Assembly: GCA_963845185.1 (NCBI GenBank)
Contig: CAWJRG010000005.1
Location: 740,867 to 804,866, forward strand
DNA from: an uncultured bacterium
GTDB lineage: Bacteria > Oederibacteriota > PGYV01 > CAWJRG01
Direction of reading: 5' to 3'
Length of the DNA: 64,000 nucleotides
Within the stretch, counting starts at the first letter, position 1. The number at the start of each line of letters is the position of its first letter. Shown here in pieces: positions 48,605-59,400 of the stretch. The notes below the pieces were generated by a model. It saw only the letters and a program-made list of their open reading frames with translations, did no database searches and had not been told where the DNA came from. Made by a program: the position numbers and the translations under genes.

Positions 48605-48769
48605 TAGCCCGAACCCGCTATTGAAAAAGGCTATTTTTCCTTGTATTTTTAAAATTCAGCGCTCGTTGGAATTAAAGCAGGTTTAATTAACATAGGATTC
48701 TGATTTGCCAAAAAGTCACTTGCTAAACGCAGAAAAACCTTGCTATATTAGCTATCGAGTAGGCGCAGG

Positions 48770-49192
48770 CTATGGCCTTTTCTTTCGTTTTTTAATCAGC
48801 ACCACCTGATTTTTGCCTTTGAGCCGCTTATAATATATTTTGTCGCATATGGTCTTTACGGTCCTTATTCCAAGCTTGCCTTTAATTCCTTCTTTGACCA
48901 GGGTTGTAGTGTCGATTGGCTCGTATTCCAGTAGATTAAACGGCTTTCCCTTGTCAATAATGGTTATCTTTACTGAGCTTTCGTCAAAACGTATTTTGAT
49001 ATTTATAGTTTCATTCTCCCCCTCTTCATAACCGTGCCTTATTACATTCTCGCATATTTCATTTAGGCACACTTCCATGTAATTAATATCTTCCTGCGCC
49101 AGGTTGTCCCTGGCTGCTTCCTCAAAAAAAGTCCTTATAGCCTTAAGGTTCTGCGGGTTCGCCACCGCCTCAATGCTGAATTGTTTCGGCAT
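48770..49192 (-). CDS. RsbW/SpoIIAB-like anti-sigma serine kinase (HATPase_c_2)
   Basis: NEICENVIRHGY, DKGKPFN and GKLGI. Confidence 0.88.
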   Translation of the reverse strand: MPKQFSIEAVANPQNLKAIRTFFEEAARDNLAQEDINYMEVCLNEICENVIRHGYEEGENETINIKIRFDESSVKITIIDKGKPFNLLEYEPIDTTTLVKEGIKGKLGIRTVKTICDKIYYKRLKGKNQVVLIKKRKKRP

Positions 49193-49196
49193 GTTA

Positions 49197-49544
49197 TTAA
49201 CTTTTAAAAGATTTTACGGCTTCTTCCGCCGTAGCAAACGAGTCAATCAGGCTGTCAAATTCCATCAGTTTGAAAACTTTTTCCACTTTTTCCTGCATCG
49301 ACGAAAGCCTTATATCGCCCCCGTTTGTGCGGACCTTCCTCAAATACGCGACCATAGCGCCCCATCCCGCGGAGCTCACGAACTCGGTGCCTGCCAGGTC
49401 CAAAATTATCTTTGTTTTGTTATCTGTATAAAGTTTTTTCATCGCGTCTTCCAGCACAATTGACGTGGATGTATCAATAAACCCTTTCATTTCAAGTATA
49501 TAAACATCTCCGCCGGCCTGCTTTTCAGTCACTGTCAAATTCAT
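49197..49544 (-). CDS. STAS anti-anti-sigma factor (RsbV/SpoIIAA-like)
   Basis: GFID, ILDLAGTEFVSSAGWG and GGDIRL. GGAGG RBS before the ATG at 49544. Confidence 0.92.
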   Translation of the reverse strand: MNLTVTEKQAGGDVYILEMKGFIDTSTSIVLEDAMKKLYTDNKTKIILDLAGTEFVSSAGWGAMVAYLRKVRTNGGDIRLSSMQEKVEKVFKLMEFDSLIDSFATAEEAVKSFKS

Positions 49545-49645
49545 ATTAATGCCTCCTGTGTTAATAATTTTCAATTAACTTCCCTGATTGCTAATTTATT
49601 TCATATCTTTTCATTGGAAATTGACAATTTTTAATTGATAATTTT

Positions 49646-51142
49646 TTACGTCCGCGTCAGGACTAACAGCGCGATATCGTCGCTCTGTTCTGCTTCTTTT
49701 ACAAACCCTGCGACATTATTAATTATGGCGTCCAGTATTTCTTTACCGCTTTTTTTGCCTGTGTCCGCAATTGTTTCCAGAAGTCTTGCGTCCCCGAATT
49801 CCTCATTTGCCCCGTTCATCGCTTCGGTTATGCCGTCTGTAAATATCACGAGCTTGTCGTCGTGGTCCAGCAGAATATCCTCGTCCTGTATTTTTTTGTC
49901 AAAACTCGCGCCCTGCATAATACCGAGCGGGAAGCCTTTCGGGTTGTATAGCTGGATTTCTTTGGTTTTTCCCCTGTAAACAAGCGTGTTGTTATGCCCT
50001 GCAGAAGCAATGTTAATCTTGTCCTTTTTGATATCCAGTATGCCGTAAAAAACCGTGACAAACATGCCTTCCTTTATGTCGGCCGATATTATCGTGTTTA
50101 ATTTCTTCAGTGTTTCGCTTGAAGGCTGGTCATAACTGCCCCGAGCTTCAGAGTGCAGGATGCTGCGCGCCATGGTCATTATCATGGCTGCAGGCACGCC
50201 TTTCCCCGACACATCACCCATAACAATCCCGTATTTTTCCTTGTTTAATGGTATAATATCATAATAATCGCCGCTGACTTCCCTGGCTGCCTTGTAATAC
50301 GCGTCTATCTTGTATCCTTCTATCTTCGCAATATCTTTTGGAATCAACGAAAGCTGTATTTCGCGCGCCACTTCCAGCTCTTTTTCCATCCTCTGCTGTG
50401 TGACTACGGCCTCCTGCGCGTGTTTTAAGTCAATGGTCATCATGTTAAATATCGAGGCCAGTTCGCCCAGCTCGTTTTTGCTTTTCACTTTTATCTTGAA
50501 ATCCAAATTGCCCGTGCCGATTGTTTTCGCGCCTTTTGCAAGCACGCCTATGGATTTGGTTATCGCAGCGCCCAGCAAAAAAGCGCCTATTATGCCGAGC
50601 ACTATCGCAGCTATTGATATAATGCTTGCCCTGATATACGCTTCGTTAAGCACGTCCTCGATTATATTGTATGATATTCCGAGCCTCACTGTTCCGAGTT
50701 TTATTTTCCCCTTCTCCATCACAGGAGCCGAGAAATCAATTGTCTTTCCGCCCTTGCCCGTGAAAATTATTATCCTGTTCGGCGCAGGCTGCAGTTCCTC
50801 GGCCATGGCAGGTTCGGCAAATGCCGTGCCTAAAAGCTCCAGGTTGTTCGACGCCTTTATCTTACCCTTTTCATCTATCACAATTGAGTACTCAACGTCC
50901 TTGTTGTTCATTATGTCAGCCATTATTTTCGCGATTGAAAGCTCGTCTTCGGTCAAAAAGAAATCCGATATGCTGCTGGCCAGGTTCTTCGCTATTGACT
51001 GCCCCCTTAACTCGACCTCATTGGTCAGGCTTTCCTTTTGCGCGCGAAGCATAAAAAAACTCAAAGCCCCGATTACGGCTATCATGAGCGCTACTATAAA
51101 AAACGTTATCTCGGTCTTGATGCTTGTTCTTTTTATTGCCAT
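49646..51142 (-). CDS. Membrane-bound SpoIIE/RsbU-type PP2C phosphatase with HAMP domain
   Basis: 2 TM helices, HAMP, AREIQ, VSGDYYD, DVSGKG, TDG and QSDDI. Confidence 0.93.
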   Translation of the reverse strand: MAIKRTSIKTEITFFIVALMIAVIGALSFFMLRAQKESLTNEVELRGQSIAKNLASSISDFFLTEDELSIAKIMADIMNNKDVEYSIVIDEKGKIKASNNLELLGTAFAEPAMAEELQPAPNRIIIFTGKGGKTIDFSAPVMEKGKIKLGTVRLGISYNIIEDVLNEAYIRASIISIAAIVLGIIGAFLLGAAITKSIGVLAKGAKTIGTGNLDFKIKVKSKNELGELASIFNMMTIDLKHAQEAVVTQQRMEKELEVAREIQLSLIPKDIAKIEGYKIDAYYKAAREVSGDYYDIIPLNKEKYGIVMGDVSGKGVPAAMIMTMARSILHSEARGSYDQPSSETLKKLNTIISADIKEGMFVTVFYGILDIKKDKINIASAGHNNTLVYRGKTKEIQLYNPKGFPLGIMQGASFDKKIQDEDILLDHDDKLVIFTDGITEAMNGANEEFGDARLLETIADTGKKSGKEILDAIINNVAGFVKEAEQSDDIALLVLTRT

Positions 51143-51144
51143 GT

Positions 51145-51582
51145 CTATTTACCCCTGAATTTTGTTATTTTAACCTGGTGCCCCTTGCGCTTGGATGAGG
51201 AAAAACTTACTTCGTCCGCGCTCTTTTCTATCAGATAGTCGCCTATCCTATTTTTCACTGAATCCATCAACAGGCTGTCTTCGTCTTGTTTTTTCAAATA
51301 CCATGAAAGCTGGGTCACTCCCTTATGGTGCAGGTTGATGATTATTTTCTTCGGGTTTATTTTTATTTTTATATCCACCTTTAGGTTCTTGCCCGTGTCA
51401 GGCTCCATCCTGAAAAGCTTGTCGCAAGACTCGTTGACCGCAATTGTTATCTCATCCTGGTCTTTATCCGGAATGTTCTCCAGGGACAGGATGTTGTCGA
51501 GAAACTTCCTTATCAGGAAAAAATACTTCTCATTCTTCGGTATTTCTATTGAATATTCCGTAGCTTTCTTTTTCTTTTCCAT
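51145..51582 (-). CDS. Degenerate RsbW-like HATPase_c_2 protein
   Basis: IRKFL...EITIAVNE...ADEVSF...VKITK pattern, with the N-box Asn and glycine boxes eroded. Confidence 0.65.
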   Translation of the reverse strand: MEKKKKATEYSIEIPKNEKYFFLIRKFLDNILSLENIPDKDQDEITIAVNESCDKLFRMEPDTGKNLKVDIKIKINPKKIIINLHHKGVTQLSWYLKKQDEDSLLMDSVKNRIGDYLIEKSADEVSFSSSKRKGHQVKITKFRGK

Positions 51583-51674
51583 GCAAATCCCTCCTTTTAA
51601 ATGTGGAGCCTCTCGCCTTCATGGGCGGGACACCTTTAAAAAATTCTCTGCTCGGGTGGTTCAGGGCTCCCGGC

Positions 51675-53471
51675 TCATTTAATTCCTCTTTTGGCAAGCT
51701 CAGCCTGTTCCGCCTGCGCTTTTTCTATGCTTTTTAAAATCTTTATGTCCTCCGGGTTTATCTCCAGCGCTGCTTTCCACGAGTCAACCGCGGCATTCAG
51801 ATCCCCGGCTGTATAGCTCTTCAAGCCCGAGTAATAAAGCTTTTTAACCTTATCCGACTGCTCAGGGCTGAGTTTTTTTCCGCCCGAAACCACGGACGCC
51901 TGCGCCCTTGCCTTGTTTAAATAAGCTTTTATCATCGTATTACCGGGCTCCACATTAATGGCCTTGCCGAACATCTCAATCGCGTCATCATACCTTTTAT
52001 TCACGTAATATTCAACACCCTTGGAAAAAAACGTCTTGGCGTCGCTCTTCATTTTCATCTTTTCATCCAGCCTGCCCATGTATACAGCGGTGTCCTTGAA
52101 CTCCGGGTCTATTGACGCCACATTCTTGAAATTTTCAAGCGCGCTTATATAATTTTTTTCATTGTAAGACGCCACGGCCTCATCGTAATATTTTCCGACC
52201 AGTTTTTTGGTTATAAGCCCTTTTAGCATCTTCGCGTCCTTATAATCCTCGTTCCATTCAAATGCCTTTGCGAGGGCATCCAGGGATTCCTCGTATTTTT
52301 CCTGCTTATAAAGCGCGAACGCCCTGTCAAAATGCTCTTTTGCCCTGGCGTCTTCCTTCTTTTTGAATTCCTCCGCGATCATTTTCTTGACCTGCTCTTT
52401 CAGCGCGTTCTGCCTTTCAACCTTTTGTTCATCGAGCGACAGGCCGAAGTCGTATGAAAGCGTAAAGCGCGACAGCGGGCCCAGGTATGTGTCTATTCCG
52501 TACGCGTAATCAAACGAAATATTCGCAAACCTTATGCCTCCGCCGAAATTTATCCGGGAATCGTCATACCCTGCCCTTGCGCTTAAAATCCCGAACAATG
52601 CGGTTTCAAAACCTGCCCTGTATTTTATTGCGCCGCCGTCAATGGAAAATGCGTCGAATGTAAGGTTGAACTTTACTTTATCGGAATAAAGCTTTATCAG
52701 CGCGCCGCCCGTGTATGTCCTTGGCAGTTCTTCCTGTGCTGTCTTCATGCTAAGCGTGGGGTTCATGATATTGTGTATTACGGCTCCAAACCTTAAAAAC
52801 GACACAGGTTCATACAGTACGCCCAAATCCCCGCCAAACCCGACTGCGTTCACATTTATTAGGCTCATGTCAAAAAGATTAAGGTTAAAGCCCATGGTAA
52901 AGCCCGCGTTCAGTTTAGCCGCGTATGAGGCAGTAGCTTTGTATTCCTGGTATTGCGACGTGCCTGTAGCAAAATCGTTTGCGTCGTAGGTATCAATGCC
53001 TCCTGTGTATACCCTGTATAATCCGAGGCCCAGCGCGCCAAAATCAAGTATAGGCTGGCCGTAAGTAGCCGAATCATAAAGCGATCCCGCATATAGCGGG
53101 TAATGCAGCAGCGACATCTCCTGCCGCTCCATATTTATTAGCCCTGCCGGGTTCCAGAAAACTGCCGACGAATCATCCGCGAGCGCCGTAAAAGCGCCTC
53201 CCATGGAAAGGGCACGAGACCCGCTGCCTATCTCAAATATGCTGTCTGTCCCGTATGTGCCGGTTGTGGCGCAAAGCGATGCAGGCAGAAGAAGTGTCAT
53301 TACGAGGAGCGAAGCGACGAAGCAATCCCGTATTTTAAGATAAAAACGAGATTGCCGCGCTCCCTTCGGTCGCTCGCAATGACAATTATAACGGTTTTTC
53401 AGTATTCTGCTATTCAGTTTCTTTCCGAATCCCAAATCCCGAATCCCAAATTCCAAATTCATTATCCTCAT
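51675..53471 (-). CDS. PorV-like beta-barrel fused to TPR repeats
   Basis: [30 protein letters not shown], barrel strands, coiled coil and TPRs. The ATG at 53471 overlaps the upstream stop (ATGA). Confidence 0.8.
   Translation of the reverse strand: MRIMNLEFGIRDLGFGKKLNSRILKNRYNCHCERPKGARQSRFYLKIRDCFVASLLVMTLLLPASLCATTGTYGTDSIFEIGSGSRALSMGGAFTALADDSSAVFWNPAGLINMERQEMSLLHYPLYAGSLYDSATYGQPILDFGALGLGLYRVYTGGIDTYDANDFATGTSQYQEYKATASYAAKLNAGFTMGFNLNLFDMSLINVNAVGFGGDLGVLYEPVSFLRFGAVIHNIMNPTLSMKTAQEELPRTYTGGALIKLYSDKVKFNLTFDAFSIDGGAIKYRAGFETALFGILSARAGYDDSRINFGGGIRFANISFDYAYGIDTYLGPLSRFTLSYDFGLSLDEQKVERQNALKEQVKKMIAEEFKKKEDARAKEHFDRAFALYKQEKYEESLDALAKAFEWNEDYKDAKMLKGLITKKLVGKYYDEAVASYNEKNYISALENFKNVASIDPEFKDTAVYMGRLDEKMKMKSDAKTFFSKGVEYYVNKRYDDAIEMFGKAINVEPGNTMIKAYLNKARAQASVVSGGKKLSPEQSDKVKKLYYSGLKSYTAGDLNAAVDSWKAALEINPEDIKILKSIEKAQAEQAELAKRGIK
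53295..53384. repeat. 90-bp palindromic element (GTCATTRCGAG...GCAATC family) inside the coding region
   Basis: TGTCATTACGAGGAGCGAAGCGACGAAGCAATC...GATTGCCGCGCTCCCTTCGGTCGCTCGCAATGACA. Confidence 0.8.
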
Positions 53472-56400
53472 CTCAGCACCACAACTTTTTTTATCAGTTT
53501 CGTCGTCGCGCCTGTTGTTCCGTCTTTCACCTCCAGCACGCACAAATAAACTCCTGACTTTACCTTGCCTTTGACGTCGTTTAACCCGTCCCATGTGTCC
53601 TCGTTGTGCAGCCCCGGGGCTTTGTTATTCTCATTAAGCAACAACCTGACCGGCATTCCGTCAAGCGTGAATATCCTGATTGATACCTTTGAATTGCCCT
53701 GCAGATAATATTCAAAATGCGTTGTTTCCGCATCAGGATTGAAAGGGTTCGGGAAGTTATGATATGTCTGGCCGTTTAAAACCGGCTGCTGTATGGACAC
53801 GATTGACGATTTCATGTTGCCGAAATAATCGCCCTGGCCCGCCTGCATTGATGAAGGCTGGTCAGTGCCGATGTCGGTCCCGTCGTCCAGCTCAATATAA
53901 AAAGGCGTACTTGCGGATGATGCTATGTCGATCACGACCCTGAAGCTGTTTTGCGACACTGTATTCACTTCAAAGGCCATGGGCATTGCCGTAAGGTTTA
54001 TAAAAATATTCCCTGATGAGCCCGGTACTGCGCTTCCGTAAATTGTGTTTCCCGAGGAGTCCATTATTCTTATTCCGGACAGCACTGAATTTGCGCTGAT
54101 TATGTCCCCTGCCTTATCCTTGACTGTAAGCGTGACCCCGGTTACCTGCATGTTTACGCTGCTGGTGTTTGTAAAATTGAATTGAAGCGCGTTCACCGCG
54201 GTCTGCCCGTCTACAGCCGAGACAGGCATCATGTTCTGGTGCCCAACTTTTACAATGTTCGTGCTTGCTATTATTGTCGCCAGGTTTGTCGCCATCGGGA
54301 AACTGTCGCTGTTTGAGGCAGTTATTGTTATGTATCCTGCCGGATTGTTGTTGGCGTTTACAAATGAATTGTTGTCTATTGACACTTTGAAGCTTGTCAG
54401 CGAAGCGTTTGACGCTATATCAGCCATAAAATAAACGGTCGTTGTATTGGAATCGGCAATTAGTATGGGCGTCGAAGCGCTCAGGTAAAAAGAAACAGCT
54501 GCGTTCATAGCCGAAAGCGTGACACCGCCGTAAAAATATGTGTCTGTCATGTCTGTTATCTGCGCGAAGCTGAATATTGAATCCGGTGCCAGCGTGTTTC
54601 CGTTGTTGTCATAAACCGTCATGGACACTCCGTTAAAAGCTACGCTTGATGTTCCTGCTGTGCCGGGATTGTACATGGACAGCGCCATCATCATGACTCT
54701 TATCTGGGACCTGCCTGCCTGCGTGGGAAGCATGCTGTCGTGCCATACGTAAAGAGCCGTTGCCGGCGCAGCGTATATCGTGAAAACTCCGCTGTACCAC
54801 GGCATTGCCGGCGTGGCTGTTTTGGTCATTGCCAGGTGCGAATTGCCGTCTGTAACAGATACCATTGATGCGGACTGTACGGATGCCGAAAAGTTCACTG
54901 CCGACGCAGTCCCGGGTATGTCCGCATACAGTGTGACGTATACGTAAGCACCCGGGGCAAGGCTGACAGTTGTCGTGAGCCCCATAGGCACCAGGTTATT
55001 TACTGTAGCCGCCGCTGTTGCAAGCGTGTTTCCGTTTACTTCCAGGTACAGGTTATTTATGGCTGTGTTAGCCGCAATGTCGTTGTTTGTGCCGTCTTTG
55101 ACATTTATTGTAAGCGCGCTGAAATCCGCGTTTGCAGTGCCTGCAACAGCCGGGTTAAATATCCTGAAAGTAAACAGCGGCACGCCTGTCTCGCCCATTG
55201 TCACTGTACCGGGCGCAAGCTGGCTGAAATTGTCCAGGCTCACTCCCGTTGCCTTATTTTCTGTGTTTGTAAGGCCTGACTGCATCGGGAATGTGTTTCC
55301 GCTTGATGCGGCTGTTGCCACCACCTGGAAGCTGTTCGCGTCCACAGCGTACATATCCGAGGCCGCATTCAGCGCCACCTTGAAAATCCCTCCGGTAAAA
55401 GACGATGCTATGTCAACCTTCACTGTCGCGGTTACCGGGCTTGCCGTTGATATTACTATGGGCGACGTCAGGTTCAATGTTATCCTGCCTGAAGTGAAAT
55501 TCGACGTCTGGCCGTAGATGACCGAGCCGTCCGGACTGGTTATGCTTACGCCTTTAATGACGTTCTCCGGGTTAATCTGCGCGCCCGAGCTGTCCTCTAT
55601 ATATAAATAAAGCCTCGTCAGCATCACGCTCGCGGTCCTGGTGTCTCCCGAATCTGTCAGCAACAGGTTCATTGCCGCTACGCCCGCCTGGTCGGTTGAT
55701 ACCTGCGCGGGCATCAGGCTTGAGCTTGCCGCGCTTAAAAGGGTCGCTTCCCTCTGTATTATCGTGGCCGAGGAGTCCATCGGGAAAGAATATGTTGCGG
55801 CAGGCATGAAAGTAATGGAAGAACTCGGATTATTATAATCGCTGCCTGTAAGGCCTGTCTGGGGCAGTTCCAGCTTGAAGCTCTGCGCAGGGTTTACTGT
55901 GTTCCCTGTTATTTCCGCTATGCAGTACAGGTTTATCGAGGCCCCGGCCGCCAGAGTTACATTCTGGCTGAATGTGTAGCTTAAAAATTGCGATGACGCG
56001 ATGTTTGTAGTAGAAAGGTATGTGTTTACTCCGTCGGTTATAGTGAGCCCCGACAGCGCGGAAGAGGCAGTTTCAGTGTTTGAATTCGCGTCCTTGATAG
56101 TTAAGTTAATTCCTGTCACAAGCGACGGCGCATAGCCCGTCGGGTTTGCGTTTGAAAGCGTAAGCGTCATCACATACACGTTCTGCTGGCCCGTTGAAAC
56201 GGCCGGCGGTATCATATCTTTGTACGACACCTGCACCGGTCCGCTTGCCATCTGCATGTTAATGTTTTTCGTGTTCATCGGGAAAGAATCGCCTGTGTCG
56301 GCCGAAACCGGCGCCGTGGCCGCAACATTACCCGGAGCTATAGAGAGATAAAAAACAGCGTTGAATGTGGCGGACGCGGCGTCAAAATAAATATAGCCGC

Positions 56401-59400
56401 CCGTGGATGTCTGTGGTGATACGCCGACAGGCGCAGATGAAAGGTTGATATATGTGTTTGCCCCCGCTGAAGGTATGACCGAGGCCTTGATATTGCCCGA
56501 CGCGTCCACGTAATATAATGTCGCCAAAAGCGCGGCCGTGTTCGCGTCCGAGCCGTCCTTGTTTTTCGCGCTTATTGTGATTCCCGTGACATTTGCGCTA
56601 AGCGAGCCTATATTTGAGAATTTTAAATACATTGCAGGGATTATGGCCTGGCCCGTAGATATATTGGCCGGCGCAATGTCGTTGTGAAGGACTTTGATAC
56701 CCGGGGCCAAATAAATAGTCGTGTAATTTGACCTCGCGGGGAATGTTCCTGTTATCGACGTTATAGGGCTTGCGCTGTTTATGTCTAGTGCGTATATATC
56801 GGCAGCCTGCTTCGCGTCAAGCTGGAAATAAAGCCCGCTCGTCGAAGCCGCCACGTTTGCGTACACAGTGACCGCGGATGAAGTTCCTGCGGCGAGGTTT
56901 AGCGGTGTCGTGAAAGGCACATATACCTGTGTCCCCGCAGCAGGCGCCGACAGGTTGGAGCCGTATGTCGTCGACCCGCCGTTTGTGATTGTTATTCCCG
57001 AGATGACGTTTGATGGAACAATGCCTGTGCCTGTGTTGTCCTCGACTGTTATTGTAATACCGTTTATCTCTGCTGTCGAGCTGCCTGCAGGGTTCGGGTT
57101 TGAAAAATTAAGGTATAAAACAGGCACGTTCGTCTGTGCCTGGTTTACCGTAGCCGGCATGAGGCTTGCGCCGGACAGGCTCAGCGACGTTGTCTCGTTC
57201 TGTATGGCGGTGTAAGACGACCTCATGTCCGGGAAACTGTCGCCTGCAAAAGCCTGCACGTTCAGGATATTGTAGCTGTTCGCGTCCCTTGCTATTACGT
57301 CCGTGCTTTTGCTCAGGTCAATTTTAAACCCCGGCACAGAAGCTGCTGGATTTATATCTCCTGTCACAAAAATCTGTTTTGTCGCGCCCGGCTGTACCTC
57401 AATCGGCGTAGTAAGCGCAATCGAGATGAATGCGCTGTTATTCGGCACGTTTGAGATTGTGCCGTAAACTATACCCAAGCTGTCCTTGATGTAGATTGCC
57501 GAAAGCGCGTTTGCCGCGATAAGCGCGTTGTTTGAACTGTCCTGTGTATAAAGCCCTATTCTTGTTATTGCCATGTTCGCGCCCGAGGCGCCGCCGGGAT
57601 TGTTGAAATTTAACTGCAGCAGGCTGGCTCCCTGCTGTCCCCTGTTTACTGATGCTGGTATTATGTCGTTATGCGACACGTTGCAGTACGCTACTGCCTG
57701 CTGGATAATCACGGTTGAGGTCGTCATCGGGAAAGAATCGCCGTTCATGGCCGCCGCCGGTATTACAGCCCCCGAGTTCGCGTCGCAGAACCTTACGTCG
57801 CTGTTCACCTTGATATTGATGCTCATTGTGCCTGTCTGGAGCGTATTAACTATGCTTACGTACATGTCCGCGTTCACGGTCTGGGACACGCCTATGTGTA
57901 TCGGAGTGGAAAACGGCACATAAAAAGGCGCCGCAACCGCAGGCAGGGCAGTGTAAAGGGTGTAAACCGTTGAGTTGTCCCTTATCATAATGCTGGCAAG
58001 TGCCTTGGTCGGGTCAATCACGGTATTCGTGTTATCTTCTACTGTTATCGTCAGGCCAATAAGCTCTATGTCGGCTGTCTTTGTTATGTTTGGATTGTAC
58101 AGGTTAAGTACCTCGGCGAATATGTTTGACTGCCCTGTTGAAACCGTGCTCGGCATCACGTCGTTGTGCGAGATGTCGCCCTGCAGCGGCACAAACTGCA
58201 CGTTTGTGACTCCTGACTTCATCGGAAAAGAATCAAGCGGGTTAGCCTGCACGGTTGCTGTGCTGGGCAGATAGCCAACGTCTGCGGTCTGGGATAATTC
58301 AAGCGCGAAAGCCGATGTAGTTGCGGTGCTCGTGATGTTCACAAGTATCGATATTGTATCGGCTGACGATGCTCCTACCGTCAAACCCATCGCAAAAGGC
58401 ATGTAAATCTTGCTTGTTCCGGATACTGATGTTGTCGAATAGTCGGTATTGCCCCTGTCGTCCACAAGGTAGATTCCCTGCAAAATTGACGACGCCGGTA
58501 TGCCTGCCCCTGCCTGGTCTATCACCGTAATTGTGAGCCCTGTTATTGAAATCGTGCCTGACGTGGTGTTCGCAAACTGCAGCGTCATGGGAATTACGCT
58601 GTTCTGCCCGTCCGACACTGTAGCAGGCATTGTGTTTGTGTGCAGCACCTGTATGTTTGTGCCTGCCTGTATGGTTATGTAGTCTGCGAACATCGGGAAT
58701 GAATCAGGCGTCTGTGCTGTCACCGTGACATATAATCCCTGGTTCGCGTCGACTGCCGCCACATACTGCGCCGCGCCCAGGCCGAGCTGGAATTGCGTCT
58801 GCGAAGCAAACGATGAAATGTTTGCGGCTGCGGTTATTGTAACATTGCCTCCTGACGCGGACGGGCTTACCACGACAGGATTTGTGAAATTGCAGTATAA
58901 GTACTGTGACGAGCCGATGCTCGATATTGTACCGAATATATTAGCCGGGTTTCCGGTCTGGAAAAATGTAAGGCCTGAAAACACGGTGTTTGCGCTTATG
59001 TATCCTCCCGAATTCTGCGCCGTGAGCGTAATTCCTGTTATGACCCCGTTAGAGGCTGACAGGGCTCCCGGGTTGTTGAATATTATGTCCATAATCTGTA
59101 TGCCAGGCTGTCCCTTTGTCACCGGTCCTGCGGCGTCTGCCGAATGTGAGACATTCATGGCGGATGCCCGTGTCTGTATCGTAGCTACTCCGCTTTGCAT
59201 TGCAAAAGAGTCGTTTGCGGCTGTTACGCTTATTGGCGCGCCGAGATTAAAGTCTGTCGCGTTGATTGCTGATGCCACCAGCACTCCTGCCTTGAAATTC
59301 AGCGCAGTGGCAGGGTTTGCTATGGAAAACCGTGCAGTAACCGTGGTGCCGCTCCCTGAAGAAAGCACAATGGGCGTGGCAAGCGGCATATTCAGCGCGC

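Noticed and set aside
48516..48770. CIRCE element upstream of grpE
   Set aside because: No TTAGCACTC-N9-GAGTGCTAA match was found.
51604..51672. GGAGCC...GGCTCC hairpin resembling an IS200/IS605 end
   Set aside because: The resemblance is weak, it is single-copy, and there is no tnpA or tnpB. It cannot be distinguished from an ordinary intergenic hairpin.
44369..53594. Extended N-termini given by the ORF track for coaX and PorV-TPR (likewise uvrC, cysK, the ECF sigma and both STAS genes)
   Set aside because: They overlap upstream genes or lack an RBS. Downstream ATGs with an RBS or stop-start coupling were used instead.
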